Source: Marsupella aquatica (lineage: Eukaryota > Plantae > Marchantiophyta). Taken from it: a DNA stretch of 64,000 bases. The stretch spans positions 24,861,899-24,925,898 of the forward strand of contig OZ316891.1 in assembly GCA_973895155.1 (NCBI GenBank), in the 5' to 3' direction. The position numbers and the translations under genes were made by a program. Positions within the stretch are counted from its first letter, which is position 1. Each line of letters opens with the position of its first letter. The notes under the pieces were generated by a model. That model was not told where the DNA came from, made no database searches, and was given only the letters and a program-made list of their open reading frames with translations. Below, piece after piece: positions 24,560-37,297 of the stretch.

Positions 24560-27500
24560 TGTGGGAACTCCGTGTGGCATGTTTCCCAAGACCTCTAATC
24601 CCAAGAACTACCCTCAACCGATCATAAACCACTTGTTTATGTCCGTCCTCTTGCCTTATGGCAGCTATTCGGCTTGGAAATGCGATACTCTCCTTCGATC
24701 CACACTTATGGGACCGATTCTTTCACTGGGCTTGTGAATTGTACACAATTGAGACACCACAACTGAGTCTCCAATCAAGACAATGCGATTGTATTTTGCT
24801 CAACATTTCACCCTATCTGACTTAAATCGATCAAGCAACAGATATCATAACACTCAATTTCTTGGATGGCAAGAATCTGCAAACTATGCAACGAGGCCAA
24901 CTCAATTCAAACAATTGCTCAGAAATCCAAGGGAACTGCTGGTTTATTGATACCCTGCGGTCTAGATTTAGGCGAGAGCTTCCTGTGCTCACAACAATAC
25001 AGATTAACACTAAAGCCTTGACTAAGAAAAAGCCCCCAAAGCCACGCTGCCCAGGTTTTTATCCTTGCAGCGCGTCTAGGGAAAAACAACGGAAATCCTA
25101 ACCACCACACACGGCCTTCCACCGCGATAATTCTACCAAAAAACTATCACCTAAAAACTTGAATAGCCCGGAACCCTGTGTGAACCGAGCATCTACTACT
25201 ACCTAAGCCGACAGGGCGCTACTTGCCCTGTCCCATCCTACAACGCCCGCGCCCTTCTGGCCCAAGCCCTTCTCCTGCCGCCACGTCCTCCTTCCAACCG
25301 ATGACTGGCCCTCCTTAATTGTCAGATGACCGGGGGTAAGTCCGAATCTTCCGACTCTGCACCTTCTCCTGCCATCGGCCCCGGCCTGACCCCTTCGGCT
25401 TCCTCGACTTCAGGTTCTGGTTTGTCGGCCCCGGCCTCGGTCTCGGCATCCGCATCCGCATCCGCATCCTCCTGGGAAACGGCTAGGAGAGCCTTTGCCT
25501 TAACTTCCTCAATCCAAGCCTTTTCCCCGATGCGCTCGGTCTCGATAACCCACGGTTTCACGTTCTGTGCGTCCATAGAAGCAATACCATCATCTAAACC
25601 TGTTACCGCAGCTCTAAGTTGATCCGCAGTACTTACCTCTACCACCACTGCCTTCAAGGCCACAGTACCACAAATGTGAGCGGCCATACTCTCGACTTCC
25701 TCCGGAGTGGCTTTAAGGGCCTTAACTTTATTATCGCCTGGCCCCATGAACGTCTTTGCCAAGTCTGCCACCAATTGCATGGCTTTGCCCTCAGTCACGC
25801 TTGTCAACAAGGAGCTTGGCTTCGGCTTCGGCTTCACTATATTTCCGCCTACCATACTACTGACGGGAAGCCTTTCAGTTGGTGACCCATATCCCGCTTC
25901 AGCATACTTCTTTAATTTCTGTGTTTGATTGTCGGCACGCCTTTGCAACCCGATCATCTTATCCTTGGCCTCCTCCAATTCCTGAGATACGTATTCAACT
26001 TCATCGTTAAGCCGTAGTATCTCGGCCCTGGCCGTCTTCAACTCCTCATTTAACATCTGCACAATCTCCAACTCTTGCTTATCTATGGCTGCTTTCAAGG
26101 AGTCATTGATACCTTCCAGTTTTGTGACCTCATTCGTCCATGCCTGCTTTGTCCTGGTTAGCTCCTCCTGAAGCTCCTTGCTTATCTGTTGAACCCAGTT
26201 TAGGTGATCATTGGCCGCCGTGCACATGGCGTCATCATGCCTCTCACGCATGGCCTCCAACCGGTCGAGTAACTTATCATACTTCCTTTGGGCTTCTGCC
26301 AAGGCCTTCTCGCTCTGGGTGGCTTGCTCCTTAGCCGTCTTCCTGAGCCTCTCAACTTGGCGATTTAAACCCTATACTTCTGCTTTTGAATCGGCTAACT
26401 CCAACTCTATCTTCGTCAACTTTTCCTTGATCTGCTGGTTATCCAATTGGTAGTTTTCCAATTGGTTGTTTGCCACTTCCAATTCCTACTGCTTAGCCAA
26501 GAGATCCTACTGAGTTAGTTGACCAGACTTTGTCTTAGCAACTTTGGCCTCCATGGAGCGAAGCCGAGCAATCACTTCCTCCTTCTTCAGTCGCTCCAAT
26601 GTCATTGCCTCCTCCAGTCTCGTCTGATCAGCCATTTCCTTTCTAAGAAATGGCCCGGATTCCAACTCGTTGCCGAAGATTTCTAAGGCTAAGAGTCCAC
26701 ACATGTCTCCATACTCCTTAGCCTGATTTCTTGCATAGTTTGACCTCCCAGGTGATACTGGCATCTGCCATCGAGGTCGTCTCTCCCAAGCTTTTGCCCG
26801 TAATTGATCGAAGTCAGTGAGAGGTTCGGCTTGCCTCTCACTAAGCTATTTTATTCCTTTCGGCCACTCTCCTCCTGGTAGTTGGCATTCGTGTTCTGCA
26901 TTCCGGGCCCGCCACTCCTTAATCTTCTCATGTAGCCCGGCTTCAGCTTCCTTCATCTTGTTGAATTCCAATGGCATCACATCTGGTGGAGGAGATTCTG
27001 GCATTTTCTGGTCCTCCGGTTTGCCATAGAAGACCGCGGGAAGTCTTCTACAAAACCTTCCCATTGTTCTAACTCCTGGGACCGGCCTCTCCCCGTGATC
27101 AACATAGTCGTTGTTGTAATCATCCACATTGACCTGACTACCTAACATGCCGGCCTCTCCTCCAAAGCCCCCGATCTCCTCCTCTGAATATTGTTGGGCT
27201 GTTGCTGGTTGACCTTCCTCACGGGTCCGTTCACTTGGGGTCTTTTAGAAGCTCTTACTACCGGCCTCTCGTGGCCTCGGCTTACCTCCTCATCTGTCTC
27301 CGAATCCATTCGCTTGTCATATTTCTTTCTCTCTTTGGCAGTCATCTTCCTCTCGACCAACTGAATGCCTGCATATGGATTATTGCGAGTAGGCCGGCGT
27401 AACGGATTCCTCCCTACATCATATGTTATTACCTCTGGCTCCTTGATAGGGGAATGCTCCCGTTCTTGTGTTGCCTATGTTGCCGACCTCCTCCCGTGGC

Positions 27501-29047
27501 GTCGTATGTTTAGAGGCTCCTCGTCCTCCTCCACCTCCTCAAGTGGTGCAGTGATCTGCATCCGCTCCTGTATAGGCAACACTGGTGCAAAAGACTGGCT
27601 TCTTGCATATTGGCAAAGTAATTGCAGATGGTACCCTAGTCTGGATACCGCTCCCTCTCCAATGCTCTGCTTCTCTTCGTTTAATGCCTTCTTCAACTGC
27701 ATTAAGAGATAGCTGTTGTAGTCTCGGCTTGCATCGATATTCTCTACCAAAAATACCTGGGCTTTGCTGATTTCTGCTCTCGGCAAGGTACAATGCAATG
27801 TGACTCTCAGGAAATCAATCAGCTGCCCTATATGTGGGTTGGTACATTGATTCCTGAAAAACCTATTCTTAGTGGAAGGCCCTGGAAATGACCTGAACTG
27901 GTCATCCGGCAACATCTTCTTCTGTTCCACCTTTGTCTTCCTTCCTACTGGTAAAGCGAACACGGCTTCAATAAGCGCAGGTGTTAATTCAAACACCTTT
28001 CCATACAGCAGCGTTGTGTTGGAAGAAGCCTCCCAGCATCCCACGAAAACCAACAGATCCTCATCCGGTATGTCTACCATTCTCTAGGACAACCTGGCAA
28101 AGCCCTCCAACCCAGTGTCATTCATATATCCTGCATATTTATTATCTTGAACGGCACTGAAGACCTCATCCTCATCTCTTGCAAACTGTAATTGTAAATT
28201 GGCAGGTAACGTGTTCGTCCACCCTGTCATGTTTTTATCTTCTACAGCCCAATCTCTAATTGGCCCGGATTCCATCTTGATTGGTCTCTCCGACCTAGTT
28301 CGCTTTGCTAGAGTTGTAGATGCCAAAACTCCCTTGCGCTTCATCTCTTCAGCGCCTGAATACTCCCCAAGAAGGTTGCCTTCGTCCACTTCGCAGTGTG
28401 ACCCTTCAATTCCCAAAGTGGTTGCCCGGCGTTCTTGATTGCCTCCCTGATCCCCATGACCTTATTCTCCCAAATTAGCAATTCGTCAAGCTCCGCACTG
28501 GTGGGTGTCCACAAGAACTTTTCCAACACCTCCTCTGTACTTACGAATGCCAATTTGTGAATTCCCCACAATCGCGAAAGCTCTGCTCGTTCTCTGGCTG
28601 CACGCTCCGGCTCAACGTCTTCATACGTAGGTATCAGCTGCCTTGCTTCTTCAAGCAAACAGCCCCAAAACTTCCCTGCCTGATTCATTGTGTTCATTCC
28701 ACCAAATGCCAAGAACTTGCACAATTTCCCAAACCACCTCCCCTGATCAATCGGCAGCTGATTCCACCTCCCTAGGTTGATCGAACAAGCAATTGCACTA
28801 GTGTATAGAGTGTCGGTCCCCTCCCTACGAAGCCGCCTCCTGATGGCTTACCTGATCAAGCCCTGATTAGGTCATAACCCTAATCCTACTTAATCGCAAC
28901 CGTTGGATCAGATCCCATCACAATTTCCCCCGAACATATTGCAATCGGCTTCGATCCTTATACCTCCCTAATTATATCTACCTAATCTTTATTTAGCCAT
29001 TATTTTAGGCTTAATTAAGTACTTTGTGATCCTAGCACGGCATCACA
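24560..29047 (-). mobile_element. Solo LTR, family C (4.5 kb), carrying a decayed homolog of the family A LTR ORF (25322-28724)
   Basis: Reverse complement starts TGTGATGCCG and ends TTCCCACA. TSD CTCCA, offset by 2 nt on the left. Peptides NQAGKFWGCL, FRSFPGPSTKN, PGVRTMGRF, LQRRADNQT. Confidence 0.88.
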
Positions 29048-29657
29048 CTCCATTACCAGGAGGGGTACTGGCCAAAAGACAAGCCGAGACACATGCCCGG
29101 GTGCCGGAGGTAGGTAGCAAGGGGAAGGGACCAGCTACCAAAATAGGGAAGAAAAAGAAGCGGAAATCTTCTAGGTCTGGGAGTTATACGGCTTACCAAG
29201 CCATTGTGACCCAGGAGGTCAACCCGGCACCAACCTCTGGCATGATTACGGCAGTAGATCCACCTATTGAAGAAGGTGGGGATGGCAAGGCCGACACTTA
29301 GATTAGTGGGATGGCGGATCCACTGGTAGGAGCAACACTTGTGCTCCTGCCTTGCTGTACAGTTAGGTAGATTACAGGTAGGATAGATTAAGCTTATGCA
29401 ACAAAGTTCTGGACAGATCCGCTGCCAGGATAAATACCTGGGCAGCGGGGAGTCCAGGGCCTCTTCTTTAGCAAGTTTTTAGTTGCACCAGCAGAGCTAG
29501 GATCAAGTAGTAAGAGAAGCTCTCGGTTAGTTATACAGTGACCCTTGTGTATATTCATGTTTCCTCATGCCTAAGAACTGAATAGAGTTGGCCTCACGGC
29601 TTAGTTCGCAAAGCTTGTGTATGAGATGTACTGTTTGTATGGCAAGTGCATGGTATA

Positions 29658-32600
29658 TGTGATGCCTAGCCAGGAATCACTCGGCCAGTTAAGGGGGTAA
29701 AGCAGGAATACACCCTGGAAACACTTTAGTATAGGGACAAAACAAGAAGAATATAAATAATTAGGGGCGACTATGGAACCCGGGCCGAGGCCGGAGGTAA
29801 GAACGCTGGGGGTGAAAACTCGATTAGGGTTAGGGCGTACTAAGCGTCGGCGGCTGGGAAGGATCAACGGGAGGAAGGGCCGAAGGAGGAGAGGGGTAAG
29901 GAGCGCTTGCAGGAGACGGTGGCTCATTTGCGAGCAGGAACTAGGCAGACGACTACGGGAGGCCAACTACTGTCAGCTGCTTAGGCAAGCACTCGGGGAG
30001 GGAGTAGATACCAACGATCAACCTAAGGAGGGTATGAGCAACGTCAATCAAGCGGCACATTTCTGAGGATGCCTGTTTGAACGGGCAACTGAGTACATCA
30101 AGACTTACGAGGACGAAGAATCAGAAAGAGCAGCTCGAGAACGACAGGAGCTCGCTAGATTGTGGGAGCTGCAGAAAACGGCTTTCTTAGGAGGCAAACT
30201 CATCAAGGCCGAGTTCTTGTGGACTCCTACTTCCAATCAGCTTGACGATCTTCTGTTTTGCAAAGACAGCATCATCGGCATCCGAGAGGCCATCAAGAAC
30301 TGCAACGACATACACGAGGAATTAAAGGGTAGCACAGAAAGGTGGACCCAGGCAACAGTGCTAGGAGAAACCTCCACGGCAGCTGAGATGAAGAGGAAGG
30401 GAGTCATCAACAATGAAGCCACCCCGGCAAAAAGAACGAGGTCGGCGGCACCAAAGAAACCAGCCGAACAGCAGAGTAGGAGGCAGAGCAAAGCCGAGGA
30501 GGAGGAAAGCCACCCCATCAACGCCATTCCAACCAGGGATGACACTTGGAAGGGCTGGGCGGCAACTCTACCAATGGAGGTGCAACTACATTTTGCACGG
30601 GAGGAGGATGCATGCTTTACGGCCATGCAGACCAAGAAGTACCAAGGCTTCATGGCCGGATCCGGCTTGCAAGCCTTTGTACGATTACCATGGCTGAAGC
30701 CGGAGGTGCCGGATTCAGACCTATTAGAATTCGTGGGGTCATGGGAACCCGAGACCAATTGCACGAGGATATATGGGAAGGATTTCTATCTTACTCCCAA
30801 GGTGATTGCCGAAGTGTTTGGCTTGCCGATAGGCAATAAGACCAAGGTTGATACCAGGAAGACCTTGCCTGACAAAGAGTTCCGGTCGTTCCCCGGACCA
30901 TCAACGAAGAATGGCTTCTTCCGGAGCACCTGTACCAACCCGCACATTGGAGAGATGATCGACTTCTTGCGGGTAACCATGCATTGTAACTTGCCGAGGG
31001 CAGAGATCGGCAAGGCACAGGTCTATCTGGCAGAGAGACCAGACCCAAGCCGGGACTACAACGGGTACCTCCTCAACCAATTGAAGAAAATCTTGAAGGA
31101 GGAGCAGCAGGTAATCGGCATGGGGAGCGTGTCGCGGCTTGGCTATCACATGCCACTATTGTGCCGGTATGCCAGAGGTCAGACCTTTGCCCCGGTACTT
31201 CCCCTACAGGCAAGGGCACCAGTTCCGGAACAGAGACAGGCAATGGAGAAACCCAAACCGCCCTACAGTCCTACAATCGACCAGGTGTTTAGACCAAGAA
31301 CGGAGGACTTGCCGATGCAGCAACCAGGCATGCAGAGTCTGCTGAAGCTGCTGGAGAAAGAAAAGAGATCGGCATCGGCAACGACAACGGCAGTGGCAAC
31401 AATGCAGGACACTGCCCCAGAGGTCAACTTAAGCAGACTTAGAAGGGAAGACCCCTCTACCGGAGTCTCAAGCTCTGAATCTGAGGCAGAATTGCCGGAA
31501 GCTCCTACCAACGAAGAAGAGAGGGAGAAGCCGGAAGTAGAAGAAGTAGAGGAGGCAGTAGAGGACTGTGGCCATGATAACTCCGGCTATGGGTCGGACC
31601 ATCACATTCCAGGAGTAAGGACCTGTGGCCGGTTTATCCCCACACTTCCAAGGGTAGTACGAGGAGACCCCAACCAGCAGAGTAGCCCTGAGTCTCCTCC
31701 ACCAGATGTTGCTCCCCCGAGCTTTGACGGCATAAAATAGACGGCGCTGGAATTTCAGGAGCGAATCAGGCAGGAAGAGGAAGCAGCCCTGGCTAGGGAA
31801 AAGCATTTACCAGGAGGAGATTGGCCGGAGGACATTAGGCGGCTAGCCGAAAAAGGAAGCAAACCTCTAGCCACGATTGAAGAGACCCGCAAGACGGCTT
31901 GGGAGCAGAGGCCGCGATGGGCGATGCCGATCACTTCTACTTACTCCACCTACGCTAAGAATAGAGCCAGGGAGTATGGTGAGATGTGTGGGGAACTTGC
32001 GCTCGGCATCTTTGGGGAGGAATTGGAGGTAGGACCCTTTTTCCATAGGGAGCAGTTGGAGAAGCGCCAATTGGAAGAAGCGGTGGCCTTGGAAAGAAGC
32101 AAGAAGGATGAGGTCATCTGTCGGCTTAGGGAAAGGGAAGCCAAAATCAAGGACCTGAGGGCGGCCAAGAAAGCCCAAGATGAGCTGCGGATTAAACGGC
32201 ATGAGCTAAATATCATGTAGGGGCAGTTGGACGCAGCGCAGGCTGCTGGTCAGATTATCAAGGATAAACTGACTCAGACCCAGAGAGATTTGGCCGACGC
32301 AATCAAGGAGAGGGAGAAGTGGAAGCAAGAGCTGAGGAATGCAGAGGAGGCCCACATAACAGCTAACAACCGGGCCATGGCGGAGACCCAAAGAAAGGAA
32401 CAGGCGTTGAAAGGGGAGCTCGAGAAAAGCCGCGGAGCCCTTGAGCAGAAGGAGGCCGAGTTAGGGAAATCCTATCAAGGGATTATTGCACTGCAGTAGG
32501 AGCTTGCTTCCCTAACGGCCAGCTTCAAGGCCGACCTAAGGGAGAAGGACGTGATGCTCGATCAGACTTATGCCAAGATGAACCAGATGGAGTCTGTCAT

Positions 32601-34231
32601 CATTGCAGAGCTCGACAAGGAGCTAAGAGCAACCCGGGAGGAGAGGGCTACCTTGAAGAAGGAATTGGAGGAAGCCCACAGGGAGCAGGAGGAGGCCAAA
32701 AACGAGCTAGAGGGGGCACGTAAGGACCTGGATGAGACCCAAGAGGAGTTGGAGGAAATCACGAGGAAGATGGAGAACCTACAGCGGCGGGCCGACAACC
32801 AAACAGAGCGGCAGAAGAAACAAGCCGTAGTATTTAAATGCTTATCTGCAGCAGGTCCATCTCCCGTTGGGGCGAACCAGTTACCAGGGGTGGTAATTGC
32901 CGAAGGACAAGCTGCGCCACCTGCACCAGTGCTGGAAGTAAGTGGGAAGGGGAAGGGACCAGCTGCCGAGCCAGCGACGAAGAAGAAGCGGAAACCTTCA
33001 GGGTCAAGGAGTAATAGGACTCCACAGGCCGTGGTGATCAAGGAGGTAGACCCAGCACCGACCCCAGACAGGGTCACGGCTAAGGATCCAACTACCCTAC
33101 AAGAAGGGGAAGCCGAAGCCGTGGGAGTGGCTGAGGCCGAAGCCGTGGGTATTGCCGAGGCCGGTGTCGAGGCCGAAGCCGAAGGTGGACCCAGTCAGGC
33201 CGAGGGAGAGTTGACTCGGTCAAGGGCAGGTAATCTGTCAGTGGGCGGGCCAACGGCAGTGGCTGAGGAGGAAGTGTTGGGGGCGTCCATTGAGGATCCA
33301 CCACCGGTATCGTGACGGTGCAAGGGCGCCGTTCCTTTTAGAAAGGGCGGACGTGGAGGTAGGAGGCGTGAGTGGGCCGGGCGGGCGCTGATCTCCAAGT
33401 TTAGGATTAGGATCAGGACCAGGAGCGGCCCTGACACTTAGCTTAGTGGGATTGCGGTTCCACTGGTAGGAGCAACACTTGTGCTCCTGCCTTGCTGTAC
33501 ATAGGTAGATTCGGGCAAGTAGATTACTGTCAAGTAGATTAGGCTTACGCTGCAAAGAATTAGGCGGATCCACTACCAGGATAAGTACCTGGGCAGCGGG
33601 GAGCTCAAGGCCTCTTCTTTAGCAAGTTTTTAGTTTGCACCAGCCGGGTTGGGATCAAGTAGTAAGAGAAGCTCTCGGTTAGTTATACCGTGACCTTGTG
33701 TATATTCATGTTTCCTCATGCCTAAGAGCTGAATAGAGTTGGCCTCACGGCTTAGTTCGTAGAGCTTGTGTATGAGATGTACTGTTTGTATGGCAAGTGC
33801 ATGGTATGACTCAGTCAGAAGGAGTCATTTTACTATTTGTGTGTCACATTAACTTGTGTGAAGAGTGCCCACATCAACTAATAGGGAAAGGAAAGTAAGC
33901 AAGGGAGTGAGAGTTGGATGTGTCGAGCTGAGAGAGGTCTTAGCGACTTAACCAAGCCTATTGGGGATCATTCCGGCGGCGGAATCCAAACATACCTAAC
34001 AAGAAGGAGAGGTAGACAAGGGAAGGCCTAGAGTAGGCCGGCTTCATATCTCATGACCCGATGAAGGATCTGTCCAGTATATGTGTGTAAAATGTTAATA
34101 GATGTAGAAGAGGTTTAGCAGCGTCCCATGCCGCTAAGCCGCGGAAACGGCCCCGCCAAGCGCGAAACCTGCGGGAATCGGCTTGTGCAGGGGGGGTTTC
34201 TTGGGTTCAGGGAGCCATGGGACGCACCACA
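29658..34231 (+). repeat. 5' LTR (4,574 bp)
   Basis: TGTGATGCC...CACCACA, followed by the PBS. Confidence 0.96.
29773..33315 (+). pseudogene. LTR-encoded ORF in the 5' LTR: one 1,180-codon frame with 4 internal stops
   Basis: ORFs 29773, 30160, 31924, 32227 and 32551 share one frame. Stops at 30064, 31738, 32218 and 32497 are TGG/CAG in other copies. Confidence 0.85.
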
Positions 34232-34235
34232 TTTT

Positions 34236-34253
34236 TGGCGCTAGATGGAGGGG
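34236..34253 (+). promoter_or_regulatory. Primer binding site, tRNA-Asn type
   Basis: TGGCGCTAGATGGAGGG lies 4 nt after the LTR. It is complementary to the plant tRNA-Asn 3' end as recalled (...CCCTCCTTCTAGCGCCA), with one mismatch. Confidence 0.8.
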
Positions 34254-34300
34254 GCATTTCTTAAGCCGTGAGATATGAAGTTAGAAAGGAAGCATAGGTA

Positions 34301-37297
34301 ATGACTGAACCTACGCCAAGGGAGGAAAGAGCGATTCAACGGGAGAGAGCTTGACTGCAGCAGCTCACTGGGTGGCATGATACACAACGACTGAGAGGGG
34401 CAGAAAGAGCTGGTAGCTCCGAAGCTGGAAGTGGTGTCAAAGAAGAGATACCAGAAGAGGAGTCGGTAGGAAGACGCGAGTACCCAACCGACATGGGAGA
34501 ACCTGAGGCACGGCCAGACGAGAGGCCAGGGACCAGACTGAGCCAACGGTCGCGTATACATTACAAGGCATTTCATGGGAGAGGAGATGAGGATCCGGAC
34601 GAATGGTTGGATGATTTCGAAGGAACCGCTGCAGCAAATGGAGAATCGGCCATCAAGATGCAGATTCTTCCCGGCCTGTTCAAGGGTGAGGCTAGGCCTT
34701 GGTACAGAGCATTAGATGTGGAAGATCAAGCCATCTGGGATAGCTTCAGAACACTCTTTGTTAAGGAGTTTCGACCCATTGGAACTTCAGAACTAGCAGT
34801 GCTGAAGTTAGGACGACTTCGGTTTAAGGAGAACAAATCCTTCAGGAAGTTCTTGCAACGCTTTCAGAAACTGGTAAGACGTACAAAGACCAATGCATCT
34901 GAAGGTATGCAACTTCAATGGTTGGTGAATGCTTTGCCACAAAAGATGAGTTTTGCAATTAGGAAGGAGAACCCGGAGACTTTAGCCGATGCAATTAAGG
35001 ATATTCAATTATACATTAATGCTGATATCACAAGCCGGAAGAAACAGCTTAAGTCTGAGAGTTCCTCATCAGAGGAGGGATCACCCCATAAGAAAAAGGA
35101 TAAGAAAAAGAAACATTCTAAGAAGTCAAGAAGTGATAACTCAAGCTCGGATAGTGGAGGTAGCAAGAGTGAGTCATCTTCTAGTTCTGAAGAAGAAAAA
35201 ACTAGGAAGAGGAAGAGCAGAAGAAGAGGGAAGACGAAAGTCAAGCTGGAGGCTAAGCCACCAGATAACATTGTGGCCCTTACCGAACAACTTAAGGCTA
35301 TAATTGCAGAGGTAAAGCCGAAGAAGAAAGTAGTACAGGAGGATAGCTCTGTATGGTGTGCCTTATGTTATAAAACCGGACACCATAAAGATGCGTGTCC
35401 TAAGCTCAATACTAGTCATGTTCGGCATGTGGCCGAGATCAGACCGTGTCAGGGAGAAGTAGAGTACTTTTTAGGAGATGCCGCTGATAGTGTTTTTGGC
35501 ATCAGTGAGACTGGAGCACGGGACCTATCTAACCAACCTGCATCTCTCTAGTCAGGATTAAGGAACAATCTAGGAGAGATGTATCCTCGGATTATTCAGA
35601 ATCCGTCTGTACCTCCTAGGCCGAATGTGCAGAGATTTGCGGCATGCTATAACTGTGGTCAACCTGGCCATTTTGCTAGAGAATGCCCGAATGCACGTAA
35701 ACAAGGTGATGGACAACCAGCTCAGCTATGTATGGGATGCCGACAGGAGGGTCACATGCTAGGACAATGTCCTACTTGGTTGGCAGGATTGGCCGCAAAT
35801 CATAAACTTTTGCCGGTCAAGGTCTTGCCGCCAGGTACTACCCCAGGAGGAGTTCAAATCAACCACATCGAGCTCGGATGGCAAGTGGATGCCGAGGCAG
35901 AGTTTGGACCATCTGATGATGAGACCGAAGCCCTATCAACCTTCTCAGAAGAGGATTTAGATCATGATTGCTACCGGGTCTCTACTCGATCAACCAGAAG
36001 GAAGGAAAGGTGGGATGGGCTAGCCAAAAATAAAGGGAAGGATAAAGAAGAGAAGATTGACTCTTCGTCAACATCAACAGAAGGAGAAGGAAAGGCGCCG
36101 GCAACACAGGTAAGCCATGAGCTCACCAGCGACCCCAATCCTTCACAGGACAGCGATTTCAATCGAGATCACCCTAAGTTGTTCTACCCCTCTATTACGG
36201 CTAGTGTTAAGGAACAGCTGAGAGAATTAGAAACCCTGGAGAATACCGAAGCCATTGCCAAGGATGTGAAATGAGCAAAAGCATTGTTTGCTTTGGAGAA
36301 TCCAACAGCTGTGGAGATTAGCATGGCAAAACAAGCCGAATCCAAGGTGGAGACACCACCAGGGGAGAAGCCGATTGTTCCCTATGACCTGGCTAAAGAT
36401 GTACTAGAATCTAGAGTCTCGGCAACAGTAGGTCAACTACTGAAAAATAGCCCGTACTTCCGGAAGCAATTAAGGAAGGCTATTCTCGGCAAGCCAAGAT
36501 TACCCAAGGTAGCAACCAAATCCGACGTGCTGATGATAGAAGAAGATCAAGGAGCCCCCGCTTTACCATTAATGATTCAAGGAGAATTATTACTTCGGGT
36601 ACCCATTGATGGAGGATCAGGGGTGTGTATTATGATTGATTCAACAGCAAAAGGGTGGGGTCTAACACCAGAGATGACTGGAAGAGTGTTGAACATGGCC
36701 AATGGTTATCAGGTCATTCCTACGGGAGTGTTAACCGGCATCAAAACAGAGATAGGAGGCATCTTCTTTAGCATTAACTATGTAGTAATGAAGCCGGTAA
36801 ACCCTACATCATTTTGGCTATTGATTGGTAGGCCGTGGCTATACCTAGCCAAGGTTATAGAGGATTGGGGTAAGAAGGAGTTCACTTTTGGGACCCCCTC
36901 TATCACGGTATCCTGGGATACCAAGGATGACCGCAGAAGAAGCATCAGGGAGGTAGACGGGTACGACAGTGGACTGGAATCAGCCGATGAGGTACGATGG
37001 TTAGAATGCCTCGCTGACCAAACCGAAGAAAGTGTCTTTGGACCAGAGGTATCCCCCAGCGGACTATGGCAAGAACCTATGGAAGGTGACTTGGAGGATT
37101 GTGACGATGAAGCTAAGGACTGCTTTGCCATAGAGTCCACCTTTTTAGCTTCAATCCCAGAGGAAGCACAAGAGGTAAGTGGGTTGGATGAAATGGCTAA
37201 GTGGGGAGCAATACCAGAGGCCGCGGTGGATTTTCCTCAGGCGTTGTGGCAGAGCCGGCAGGATCCACAACGCCATCGATCATCGGCAAGGAGTTAG
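34301..37297 (+). pseudogene. gag: gag-protease frame (capsid, three CCHC knuckles, aspartic protease) with stops at 34352, 35549 and 36272
   Basis: FHGRGDEDPDEWL; CALCYKTGHHKDAC, CYNCGQPGHFAREC, CMGCRQEGHMLGQC; VPIDGGSGV...LIGRPWL. All in one frame. Confidence 0.9.

Noticed and set aside
29773-33315. LTR ORF as an env gene
   Set aside because: No signal peptide or clear transmembrane helix; the protein is charged and coiled-coil.
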